Made by a program: the position numbers and the translations under genes. A stretch of 64,000 nucleotides of DNA from Chrysemys picta bellii. Its lineage: Eukaryota. How positions within the stretch are numbered: position 1 is the stretch's first letter; each line of letters starts with the position of its first letter. Location: NCBI RefSeq assembly GCF_011386835.1, contig NC_088797.1:32612001-32676000 (forward strand). Reading direction: 5' to 3'. Below the pieces are notes generated by a model. The model made no database searches and was not told the origin of the DNA. It was given only the letters and a program-made list of their open reading frames with translations. Below, in pieces: positions 23,071-34,109 of this stretch.

Positions 23071-26000
23071 TCACTCATGCACAGTGTCCGGCAGGCTGTG
23101 GGGGGATTTGAAGGCATCGGGGATGTCGCACTCCAGTTTGCAGATAACCTTGTAGATGGATTTCTTCCAGGAGGGGTCAGCATCACAGCCCCGGGAGATG
23201 GCACTAAAGAACTCACGCAGGGTGATCTGGGAGACCTCCAGGAACTTGCTGGGGATCTGGGTGGGGGGAAAAAACACAAGGGCATCACCCCATTAGGACT
23301 GGTGAAGCCTGGCTCAGGAGGGGTTTTAGCGGGGCTCTTTTATTCCTCCCCCAAGGTCAGTTTCCTCTTGTCAATTGCTCCCATGCTGCCAAGATCACCC
23401 CAGGCCTGCACTCCTCACCTCAGCCGGGATCCCTCCCCTGTGCTCCCCTTCCCATCCACTTGCCCCACTGACGGGGCCCCTCCCAAATCTCCACCCGGTC
23501 TGTGCATCCCACGTTGCCTGCCTCCCTGCTGCCGGGTCCCCTGCCCACCTCGTAGTCATTGGCTTTGTTGTAGTGCTGGTTGAGGACACGTGCCAGCTCT
23601 GAGTCCCGGGTGACAGTCAGCGTCTCGGCGCTGAGCACCCCATCGCTCAATGCCTGGCGTGAGAACTTCTCCATCTGGATGTAGAAGAACTCCCGGAAGT
23701 TGCTGAACCACTTGATGAGCTGGGACGTGATGCAGCGATTGAACTAGGGGGACGGCAAGAGGAGAGAGACATTGCCATCAACACAGCCCTGGGCCTCAGT
23801 CCCCCAGTACACTGAAAACAGAGGAGTGACCCACCTTCTCTGCCCCAACTCCCTGGGAAAAGGGGGGTCCGATCGCCCCTCCCTGCCCCCCAATTCCCTG
23901 CAAACAGGGGTCCAATCCCCCTTCCTGCCCTCCAACTCTCTGGGAAAAGGGAAGTCTAATCCCCCCGTGCTGTCCCCTATGACTCTGGGAAAAGAGGAGG
24001 CTGATTCCTGTTCTGCCCATTCCCTGGCAAGGACGGGTTGTGATCCCCCCGCATCTCTCGTCACATGATCTACCTAAGTGTCTGTTTCTGGCAACAGGGT
24101 CAGTGGCGGGGAAGGGGCAAGGGACCCTCCCTCCACGGATGGATGCTGCTAGAGGACCTGCATGGGCCATATAGAAGGGGGCCTGGATCCATGGGGAGGG
24201 TCCATGGTCAAACTGTCCCAGAGTTGGGGAGGTTCTGAGGGACCCACCTTGACGTCGGAGAAATAGGTCTTGAGCGTCCCGGAGCTGGGATAGCGAGTGT
24301 AGAAGAACATCAGCTTGGCCTTCTTCAAGTGCCCAGGGGTGAGGCCCTCCTGGGAATGACGGGGTTAAGGAGCAACCAGGGGAAGGGCTATAATGGGGGC
24401 ACCTCAGTTGAAGGCCCTCCAGAGAGCAGACCCCCCCCCCGCCCCAAGAAAGCAGTGACCGCTGCCCACGAGCTGAGAATAGAACCCAGGAGAGTCCTGA
24501 CTCCCAGCCCCTCCTCCCCATTGTACCCCACAAATCTCACCTCTCAATCTCTTATCCCTGCCCCCGCAGCTCGGCTCAGGCAGTCAAGGGAGAGGGGGCG
24601 TCAGTGGAGGACAGGTTGTGTGTGTGGGGTGAATATGTGTGGAGCAGTGTGTATGGGGGCTTTCAGGGGAGGGGGCAGCATGGGGGAGGCAGTCGGGGGG
24701 GCAGTGTGTAGGGCGGGGGCTAGTTGAGGGAGGGGGCAGCATGTAGGGCGGGAGCAGGGCCGGCTCCAGGCACCAGCTTAACAAGCAGGTGCTTGGGGTG
24801 GCCAAGGGAGAGGGACGGCACCAGCGGCAATTCGGGGCGGCAGGTCCCTCACTCCCTCTAGGAGCGAAGGACCTGCCGCTGAACTGCTGCCGCCGATTTT
24901 TTTTTTTTTTTTTGCTTGGGGCGGCAGAAATACTGGAGCCGGCCCTGGGCGGGAGGCAGTCAGGAGAGGGGGCTGCGTGTAGGGCGGGGGGCAGTGTGTA
25001 TGCTGGAGGGCAGTCAGGGGAGGGGGCAGTGTGTAGGGAGGGAGGAAGTTGAGGAAGGGGGCAGTGTGTAGGGAGGGACGAAGTTGAGGGAGGGGGCAGT
25101 GTGTAGGGCAGGAGGCAGTTGGGGGAGGCGGCAGTGTGTAGGATGGGGTACAGCGGTGGGAGGGGACAGTGTGTAGGATGGGGTACTGCGGAGGGAGGGG
25201 ACAGCGTGTAGAATGGGAGGCAGTCGGGGGAGGGGGCACTGTGTAGACCACGGGGCAGCAGGGGGAGGGGGCAGCGTGTAGAGCAGGGGACAGCAGGGGG
25301 AGGGGGCAGAGTGTAGGGTGGGAGGCAGCCGGGGGAGGGGGCAGCGGGAGTGTCTTTGACAGTCCACCCCCACTAATCCTGAGGATTATTCCCAGCAGGT
25401 GCCTAGCGCGTTTCAGGAGGAAGCTGTTTCTGAGCTGATGCAATCAGCTTAGGGTCCGCCTCAGCCTGGTTAACCATTAAACCTACCCCAGGCCTCAGGG
25501 GACTAGCGGTGGGTGGGTGGTGTGGGGGGAACAGGTGATGCTAACACCTGCCCTGCCAACGCCTCACAGGTGGCAGCAAGATGTGAGCAGGTGTGGAGTG
25601 GAGCGGAGCGGAGCGGGGCAGGGCCGGAGGGGGTGGGGGGGCTGGCTGAGCTGATGGCAGGGCTGTCAGTGTATGGGGTGTGCGGGAGGTGGGGGGACAG
25701 GAGTGTGTGTATGGGGTGTGTGTGTATGCAGCATATGGGCCAGGGGAGGGAGAAGGAAGAGGCTGTGCGGGGATGTCCGGGTCAGTACGTGTATATGAGG
25801 CAGGGGCCAGTGTGTGGGTCTATGGGAAACAGTGTGTGTATGGACGGTGAATGTGTGTAGGTTGGTTTGGGGAAGGGTGTGTGGGGGGGGTGGGTCAGTG
25901 GAGGATAGGTTGTGTGTGGGGTGAAAATGTGTGGGTTAGTTGGGAGCAGGGTTTGGGGAGGCAGTGTGTATGTGTGGGTTGGGGGGCATGGTGTGTGTGT

Positions 26001-26215
26001 GTGTGCATGAGGAGTGAATGTGTGTGGGTTAGTTCAGAGCACAGTGTGGGGGTCAGAGGGGGTCAGACTGTGTGAGTGGGTCAGGATGTGCATGGGGGTG
26101 AATGTGTGTGGGTTAGTTTGGGGCAGAGTGTGGGGGGCTGGGCACGTATGAGGGGGGTGAACGTGTGTGGGTTAGTTGTGGGCAGGGTGTGTGCATGGGT
26201 CAGTGGGGGACAGGA

Positions 26216-26246
<31 letters not shown>

Positions 26247-27338
26247 TGTGGGTTAGTTGGGGGCAGGATGTGTATGGGGGGAAGGGATCAGACCCTCTCC
26301 CCACTCTACCCCAAGTCCTGGCTGGCTACTAAAGGATATTGAGGGCTTGTAGAGGGCTGGCTCCAGGCCATGGTGCGTCTCTGTGGCCTGGCTCTTGGGG
26401 AGCTGGCGCTCAGTTGGCCCTGCCAGCTGGAAGAGGGCACAGTGTGGCCGCAGCAGGTGGCGTGAGGACAGCTTGGTGCGCAGGCTCACACCCTCCCAGT
26501 AGGCCTCTCCCGCTGCTCTGTCCTTGAAGGCTGCCACGTATGGTGGAACAGCCATGGGCTGGGGGAAGGTGCCGGCCACCAGCTCAGGGGTGGCACGGGG
26601 CAGGCTCTTCCTCACCACTAGAGGAAGTGCCTCTGTCTGGTCACTTGGGTAACTGCAGGGGGGCTCCTCCGGTGGGGGTTGCTGGCGGGCAAACACCTGC
26701 ACGACCGTGTCCACCACCTGGGTCATGGCTGCTCCAAGCTCCTCCTTCAAGGCCTCGGCCAGGGTGCCAGGGTGCCTACTCCCTCCCCCAGGACGCTGGG
26801 TGCTGGCTCCAACTCTTCCTGGCTCCTGGGACCAGGCTGCCCCCACGTTGCTTCCTTCCTCTTGGGCCACCCCGCTGTAGATCTGGCACAGTTTCTCCTG
26901 CAGCTGGAACACTTGCTCACGCATCTTCTCCAGCTGCTGCTTGAGCTGGCTCCGTTCCTGGGCCCGGCGGGAGCGGCCGTACCTGGTGCCCCCTTCTTCC
27001 AGGCCCCCATCACGGTACGAGCTGCTGATGCTGCACACAATGTTCTCTACCCGGGCCCGCTTGGCCCAGGCAAAGTCCTTGGCACCTTCTGGATCCAGAC
27101 CCCTCTTCGCCGGGACCTCCCTGTCCCCCTGGGAAGACTCGCCCGAGTCACAGGCCTCTGCCAGCTTGGCCTTCACACTCCTGCGCAGCCATTGGGAAAT
27201 GAGATCACTGTCAGGGTAAGGGCCTGCCATGTCACCACAGCCCCTAGGTTGGTTCTGGAGGCTTAGCTGGTAGGCGGGGCCCTCCAGCTGCTGCTCCTCT
27301 AGCCGCTCCAGCTTGAGATTGGTTCCGGAGAAGGACAT
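23071..27338 (-). CDS. Prospero-family homeobox transcription factor, divergent PROX1-like paralogue (PROX3-like), ~493-495 aa
   Basis: Exons 27338-26340, 24355 (or 24349)-24248, 23743-23549 and 23256-23071. Family motifs: PYPDSDLISQWLRR, AKRARVENIV, LKQQLEKMREQVFQLQEKLCQIY, LKEELGAAMTQVVDTVVQVF, DQTEALPLVVRK. Homeo-prospero domain HLKKAKLMFFYTRYPSS...FNRCITSQLIKWFSNFREFFYIQMEK...DPSWKKSIYKVICKL...HE*. Confidence 0.93.
24600..25345. repeat. G-rich ~30-bp minisatellite in the PROX U12 intron
   Basis: Unit approx. ggggagggggcagtgtgtagggcgggaggcagt, repeated either side of the MITE. Confidence 0.85.
24755..24947. mobile_element. Non-autonomous hAT DNA transposon (MITE), 193 bp
   Basis: Perfect 15-bp TIRs CAGGGCCGGCTCCAG / CTGGAGCCGGCCCTG and an identical 8-bp TSD GGCGGGAG at 24747-24754 and 24948-24955. 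Confidence 0.93.
25640..26285. repeat. GT-rich degenerate repeat with a (GT)n microsatellite
   Basis: Recurring tgtgtgggttagttgggg modules; pure (TG)n at ~26216-26241. Confidence 0.75.
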
Positions 27339-30300
27339 CGTTGTTGGGAGTCTGCAAAAAAGATTGGACGCATGGGAGTTGGGGAGCCTGCCGTGCACCG
27401 TGCTCCCTCCTGCAGCACAGCGCCCCCAGTACTGCTCTGGGGCATTAGGGTCAACATTGAATACAAGGGGAGAGCCCCCCTACTGAGAACCTGCCCCACT
27501 CCCTGCAGCACAGCGCCCCCTAGCACCACACTAGGGCATTGGGATCACCACTGATGGTGAGGGGAGAGCGCCCCCTACTGACTCCCCAACCTGCTCCTTC
27601 TTTGGCTTTTCTCAGTGGATCCCACTCTGCGTGGGGGGAGGAGGGGGAGGTCTGTCTCAACCCCAACCTAAGCATGGGGCAGAAGCAGGGAAGGGGTTAA
27701 TACAGCTGGCTTGTGCAGAGATCCCAGCTGGTGGACCTTGGGCTGGCAGGTTGGGGGAGGGTACAGGGCCATTTAAGGGCTGTAGGCAGAGGTGCCAGTG
27801 GGGCAAAGGTTCCCTTCCCCCCCCACAGCAAACTCGCCCCCTCCTCCCCCCATGGTCCCTGGCCAAAACAAACAGATCCCTGGCTGCTCCCTGAGAAGGC
27901 AGCTGGGAGACGCGTGTAGGCCTGATGCAAACCTAACAGCTCCCTGTTCTGCACCACACACAGTGCCCCCAACCCTCCACAACTCCCACATCCCCTGCTG
28001 AGATCCCTGTCCCCACATCCACCCAGGCCTGAGCCATGGCAGACCTCCCAGTTCCCACTCTGAGAGGGCCCTGTCCCCCTTCCAGCAGCCCCCCTCCAGC
28101 CTTACCTCTGCTGAGATCCCCTCACTGCCCTAGGCTGTGGCAGGCCTCCCTGCTGAGATCCCTGCCCCCCATGCCTGGGCTATGACAGCCCCACCTTGAC
28201 CCCCTCCAACCCCTCCGGTTGAGATCCCTGTTCCCCAGTGATCCCCCAGGCCTGGGCTAGGCAGCTCTCGCCTCAGGCCCCCCTCCCCGACTCCTACATG
28301 GCCAGGATGCTGCTCCCCATTTTGTTAACCTGACACAAGAGTGCAACCACCCCTCCTTGCTGCCCGCTCCCAAAACCCTTGGAACAACTACTAGGAATAG
28401 GCTGTGTCATGGGTAGAAAGCAGGAGGCTGGGGCAACGGGCACCTAACAACCCCCACAGTGTTGGCTGGAGGGGGGCAGCACCAGGATTCTGGGATCTGT
28501 GGCTCTCACTCTGGCTAAACTTTATGGTAAACAGACAAACCCTCTGCCTCCCTTCTGCCACCTGTGCCTCCCCCAAACCAGGCCCTGCCTCCCCCAGCAT
28601 CCTCCAGCTGTCTCCCCCAAGCCAGCCCCTGCATCCTCCCACCCAGACCCTGCTTCCTTTCAGCCCTCCTACATCCTCCACCCAGACCTTCCCTGCTCCC
28701 TTGTATTTCCCACCCCAGATTTCCCCTAACCCCCTGCCTCCAAGCCTCTTCCTGCACCCCCCATCCAGCCCCCTACAGACCTCCACCCAGAGCTTCCTAC
28801 CCCCCAGTCCTCCATCCCCTCTGACTCCCCTAATCACCCCAATCCCCCAGCCCCTCTGCAACCCTGCTTCATCCCCTGCACCCCACCCCCAGACCTTCCC
28901 TGGCCCCAAACCCTGAGCATCACCTGACCCAGACTCTGCACCCAACTCCCAGCCTTCCCCTGCTCCCTGCATGCCAACCTTTATATTCCAATTCCAGCTT
29001 CTCCTCACCCATACCCTGCCTCCCCTCAACTCCCCCACCCTGCTCCTGAACCCCCATGCCCTCTGTTCCTCCCCTCCCCAGCATCTCTGGGGTGCCCTGA
29101 AAGTCCCCAGTTGACTCTGCCCCTTTTGCCCATGCTGGCACCTGAAGGCAGGTGCCAGGGGCAGATGATATTCTGACTCACCGCTTGGCAGGTGCCCACC
29201 CTGAGGAGAGCCCCTGAGCCCCGATCCCTGATGCCAGCTAGTCTCTGCCACACTGATTGACAGAGCCTGGAAGGACCTGGGTCATTCCTCTGGTGACATC
29301 ACACCACGGGGACACAGCCCCACGTGGGGGGAGGGGAATGCCAGTAGCAGGGGAGGAGCTGAACCATGATTGGGCAGAGGGTTATCCCCTTGTCAATCCT
29401 GGGCCAGAGTGGGAGGAGGGACAAGCTGGACCCAGATGCCAAAAGGAAGAGCCAAGTCCTGGAGACCAGAAAGGGAGAAGGAAATGCTAGGAAATAAGTG
29501 AACACAGGAACCCACTCCCCTCCCAGAACTGAGGAGAGAACTCAGGAGTCCTGACTCCCAGCCCCCCTGTTCTAACCCATTACACCCCACTCCCTTCCTA
29601 GAGCTGGAGGGAGAACCCAGAGTCCTAACTCCAAGCTCCCACCCCTGACCCTGTCCCACCAGAACCCACTGCACTTCCAGAGCTCGGATAGAACCCAAGA
29701 ATCCTGAGTCCCAGCTGCCCCCGTCCCCAAACCCTTGGCTAAGTCAGGTGGCTACAACCCTCGCCTCCCAGCTGCCACTCTGGGGTGCTGTAAATCACAC
29801 CATAAATACAACGGTACTTCCCCTGGGGCAGCTGGCAGCTGGGGCAGCCTCGGAGCAGGAAGGGACCTGCCAGAATCCAAGGGGACACAGAGTGAGAGTG
29901 TGTGTGTGTGTGTGTGGGGGGGGGGGTAAGGGGTCAGGATCAATGAGACCCAGGTGGGGTGGGGGAGAGGGAATCAACAGGGTCTGGGGGGTCCTAGATG
30001 GTTGGGATCTGTGGAGTCCCAGGAGGAGGGAAGGGGACAGGGAGAATTGCAACCTAAAACTGACATTTATGGGACAGCTGTTCAAACAGACAACCCCCTC
30101 CCCTAAACACATGTATCCACTCACATTCAGACACCCTCCTCGTGCACAACCACACCCAGTGCTCACAGCCAGGTGTACCCACACCCCCTCACATAGGGCC
30201 CGCTATCCAGCTGCCCCCGCTCCCCACCTTGAATGGGGACAGAACCCAGGCTTCCTGCCTCCCAAGCCCTGCTGTTCCAACTATAAGACATCACTCCCAT

Positions 30301-31292
30301 CCCTGTGGTGGGGACAGAACCCAGGAGTCGTGACTCCCATATTCCCAACCCTCAATGCTCCACCCTGCTCCCCTGCCCCCAGGGTCTTTAAGGGTCTCTC
30401 CCCCCCTCACCCCAGGGCTGGTGTAATGAGCTAACCCTGGGAGAAGCCTTTAGCCAACCCATCAGGAATGCGGGTGGGATTAGTCTGGGCCTGTGGCCGC
30501 CACAATAGCCACCCAGCCCCATACGGTGGGTGGCAGGCCAGGGCTTAGGCACAAGTGCTGTGTCTGCTCCTATATTCACGTCTCGATGCGTCCAAAGGAT
30601 TTGTGCCCCCCCGCGCCGCCTGGCCCATTCACTGCCTCCATTCAGCCTTTAATCTCCAGCCCCCACCCCGCGCCTCTTGTTTTCTGCTTGCTGGCATTAT
30701 CAGGGCCTGTTTTCATGCCCCTTTGACACAGCCAGAGTTCCAGGGACCCACAGGGTCTTTGCACAGAGTTGCATGCCCCAGTGGAGGGAGTTGTTCCCCT
30801 GGGAGCAAGAGAGGAAAGTCTTGGCTCTTCCCAGTCCCTCTCCTCCCCTGGATCTGGGAATAGAAGTCCTGACTCCCAGCAGCCCCGCCGTAATCACTAA
30901 ACTCCACTTTCCTGCCCATAAGGTCTTTAAGCATCTATTCTCCCCACCCACACACCCACCCTATATCTGCTCCCTGCCTGGGGCAATTCTGGAACGGGCA
31001 CAGGGTGGCAAACTCCCTTGCACACTGGTATACAGATCCTCCTGGTTCTGTGACCAGTGCCATAGATGGCCCATGGGACCAGAGACCTGCCAGCTCCTTT
31101 CATGTGTGAACACACAGTACCCATTGAGCCAGGCACTGTACAGACCCACAATGGGGATCAGAACTCTTGTCATGCTGAGTGCTGCAGACCCATGACTGAG
31201 ACTGGGGCCCCTGTCGTTCTGAGTGCTGCACAATCCCCAGCTGGGACAGGGGTCTCCTTTGGGCCAGGCACTGCACAGACACAGAGTGAGAG

Positions 31293-31441
31293 AAGAACAG
31301 GAGTACTTGTGGCAACTTAGAACGAATTTATTTGAGCATAAGCTTTCGTGGGCTACAACCCACTTCATCGGATGCATAGAATGGAACATATATTGAGGAG
31401 CTATATATACACATACAGAGAGCATGAAAAGGTGGGAGTTG
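31293..31441. mobile_element. Penelope-like retroelement terminal fragment
   Basis: gagtacttgtggca...atttatttgagcataagctttcgtgggctacaacccacttcatcggatgcat resembles the abundant turtle Penelope-type terminus as I recall it. It interrupts an older repeat (acagagtgaga|...|gacatctcctgccctgaagagtttgcagtc). Confidence 0.7.
31336..31375 (-). ncRNA. Minimal type I hammerhead ribozyme-like motif
   Basis: GCAU-CCGAUGA-A-GUGGG-uuguag-CCCAC-GAAA-GCU-U-AUGC: 4-bp stem I, core (U4C variant), 5-bp stem II, GAAA and a palindromic AGCU stem III. Confidence 0.6.
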
Positions 31442-32049
31442 TGACATCTCCTGCCCTGAAGAGTTTGCAGTCATGGACAAAGGCAGGATTATTCTTCCCA
31501 TTTGTCAGACAGGCAACCTGAGTCACCGAGTGGATGACCCACCCATGGAATTTGCAGCAGAGCCAGGAATTGAACCCCGCTGTCCTGAGTCCCAGGCCAG
31601 CAGCCTAGCCCCTGGAGCACCACCTTAAAGGGCAGACGTGACCCATCTGGATCATTGCGGAACACAGTCACCTGCTCTGATGATGGCAAAATTCCCCAGA
31701 CTAATAAAAGCTCCAGATAAGCAGATGCATAAATCTCCTGGGAGAGACAGGCCCCTCATCCATTACCTGAGGATCTGTCACTTACCCCATCACACACATC
31801 ACGGGCAGGAGTTTCCCAGGGGCTGGAAGGTCCCAGCTTATCAGTCCCAGCTGGGCCCCGTGAGAACGTGGGCCTCCAGTTCCTCTTGAGAGGCTGCTGC
31901 GTGTTTGCCTGAGTTGTTTTAAGATTTAATTGGACACCATAAAGGGGAGGGAGGGAGAGGCGCCTTGGAGGGAAATAAACACAGCCCAGATTCTCAGGCT
32001 GTCGGATTCTGAGTTATAGACACCCCCCACCCATCCTGGGGATACACAA

Positions 32050-32680
32050 GGGTGCCTGGGAATGGGACATGAGGTTTTTCCTATCTAGATGGTGCTAGCT
32101 AGCTCCAGTCTGGCCCCAGAGTGGGAAACTGGCTGGCTCAGGAGGCCTGGGAATAGGATAAAGCACCTTTCACCTCTAGGGGGCGCTGGCTCCCATCCAG
32201 CCCCAGGTGAGGGGGACTGGCTAGCTCAGAGGGGTAGGGAATGGGATATGGGTCCTTTTCTCTTAAGGGGATGTCAGCTAGGATCCAGCCACAGGGCAGG
32301 AAATAGAACATGGGGCCTTTCCCCTCTAAGGGGCACCAGCTCCAATCCAGTCCCAGGACAGGAGGCCTGGCTAGCTCAGGGGGGCTTGGGGATAGGATAT
32401 GGGGCCTTTCCCCTATAGGAGGCCCTAGCTCAGATCTGCCTTACAGCAGATAGACTGGCTGGTTCAGGGGGGTGAGGAATGGGACACAAGCCTTTCCCCA
32501 TCCTCATTATGGGGCGGTGGCTCTGATCCAGCCCCAGGGCAGGGGAACTCGCTGGCTCATGGGGGCGGGGAATGGGACAAAGGGCCTTTCCTCTCCAAAG
32601 GGAACCGGCTCTGATCTGGCCCCAGGCCAGGGAGCCCAGCGGGCTCCAGGGGGCAGGGAGTGGGAAACAGGAAACAGTGG
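32050..32680. repeat. ~88-bp tandem repeat, about 8 diverged copies
   Basis: Recurring ctggctRgctcagggggg..gggaatgggacatggggcctttcccctctagggggcgctggctcc.atccagccccagg at 60-95 bp spacing. Confidence 0.8.
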
Positions 32681-33426
32681 GAAACCCCTTTTCTGTCTAA
32701 GCACACCCTCCTCATGTCTCTGGCCTTCAGCCTTTGCCTCTCTCGGGGAGGAATCTTGTGATTCTCCTACTCTTGGCCTGGGTGCTGGGTTACAGCTGGG
32801 CCTGCTGGGTTCAGGCACCGGCAGATCTTCCCTCTGGGAGCCTGTGACTAGTGGGTTACAGCCACCCCTGAGAGCCTTTGTCAAACCCAGGTATCGATTA
32901 CTGAACCACAGGAACAAAGGAAAACATTCTATCCCAACCAACAGCCTAGGCGCGTGGCTCTCTTTCCTGGCATCTAAACATGCTTCTGGTGGGCATCCTG
33001 GCAGGGCGCACTGCCCCCACACAAGCAGGTTTCGGGCTTCAGTCTCAAAAATCTGGGTCTCTTTAAACCCTCCCAAGACTTGGGATTCCCACCCTCCTCC
33101 CAGAGCTGGGGATAGAACCCAGGAGTCCTGGCTCCCCCCGCCTCTAAACCATTAGTCCCTACTCTACTCTACTCTACCCCCAGCCCTGAGGCCCCAGCAG
33201 GGAGCAAGAGCTCCTCCAGTCCTGGGGCTGCAGCCGGGGTCAGGAAGCTGGGTCTTCCCCTGCCCTGCCCAGCGCTGCTGCCGGAAAGCGGGATTGGGAC
33301 ACAGAGACTCCCTCACCACGCCCTGGTGTTTGTCTGCTGGGGGTGGGACTCCCCAATTGGCCGGGGCACATGGGCCCATTGGCTAATCCACCACTGCACA
33401 GACCCACAACCTCTTACAAGTCAACA

Positions 33427-33432
33427 TTTATT
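33427..33432 (-). terminator. Polyadenylation signal of SAC3D1
   Basis: AATAAA on the minus strand ~680 nt after the stop codon. Confidence 0.55.
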
Positions 33433-34109
33433 GTAAAACTGACTTCTACTCCCTCCAGACACCCCAAAATTCCAGGGGCACTTTGGCCTGTATCCTACAT
33501 CTCCCCCTATCTCCCGCCTGGGGCAGGGGACACTGGCTGCCATTCCATACAGCTCCCTGCCATGTGGATCGGGGACCCCAAACCATCACACCAAAGCTCA
33601 GACCCAAACCAACTCCCACAAACCCCAAGATCTGAGCCAGCTTCCTGAATCACAAACCCACGAGATGGGGGGGGTGGGGGGGAGGCAAATTATCCAGCAC
33701 AAGGGGTCAAATGCAGGAAGCCGAGCCAATCAACACAGAAGGATCGCCCAGAGCCATCCAGTTGCACTAAGCACAGGTAAGTTACTCCCTTTAGCCCCCT
33801 TTTATGCAGGGGGAAAATGAGGCAAAGGGAGTGGCTTGGCGGAGGTGACACACAGAGAATCAGTGACCGAGCCACTAAGAGAACCCAGGAGTCCTGGCTC
33901 TCAGTCTCTTACTCTAAACCTGATTCCTCTTTCACTGCAAGGAGCAGAAGCCAGGAGCCCTCCCTCTCAGCCTTTCCTAGAGCCAGCAATAAAACCCATA
34001 AATCCTGACTCCCAGTCCAGCCAACTAGACCTCACTCCCCTCCCAGAGGCAGGGACAGGAACTCAGGAGTCCTGGCTCCCATCCTCACCCCCCAAGTCTC
34101 TCCAGACCA

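Larger units (their letters stand above)
24350..26339 (-). other. U12-type (minor spliceosome) intron of the PROX gene with non-canonical ends
   Basis: 5' site ATATCCTTT at 26339-26331 follows an in-frame TCA codon. Branch point TCCTTAAC lies at 24371-24364. The in-frame 3' ends available are AT (24356) or AG (24350); no AC is present. Confidence 0.85.

Noticed and set aside
23071-27338. Naming the prospero gene PROX1 or PROX2
   Set aside because: It is too short and divergent for PROX1, lacks PROX2-type residues (FFFTRY, SQMIKW), and the neighbouring genes fit neither locus; the symbol is left blank.
28391-29253. 286-aa Gly/Trp-rich and 170-aa Pro-rich ORFs
   Set aside because: They are translations of a C-rich low-complexity tract on opposite strands.
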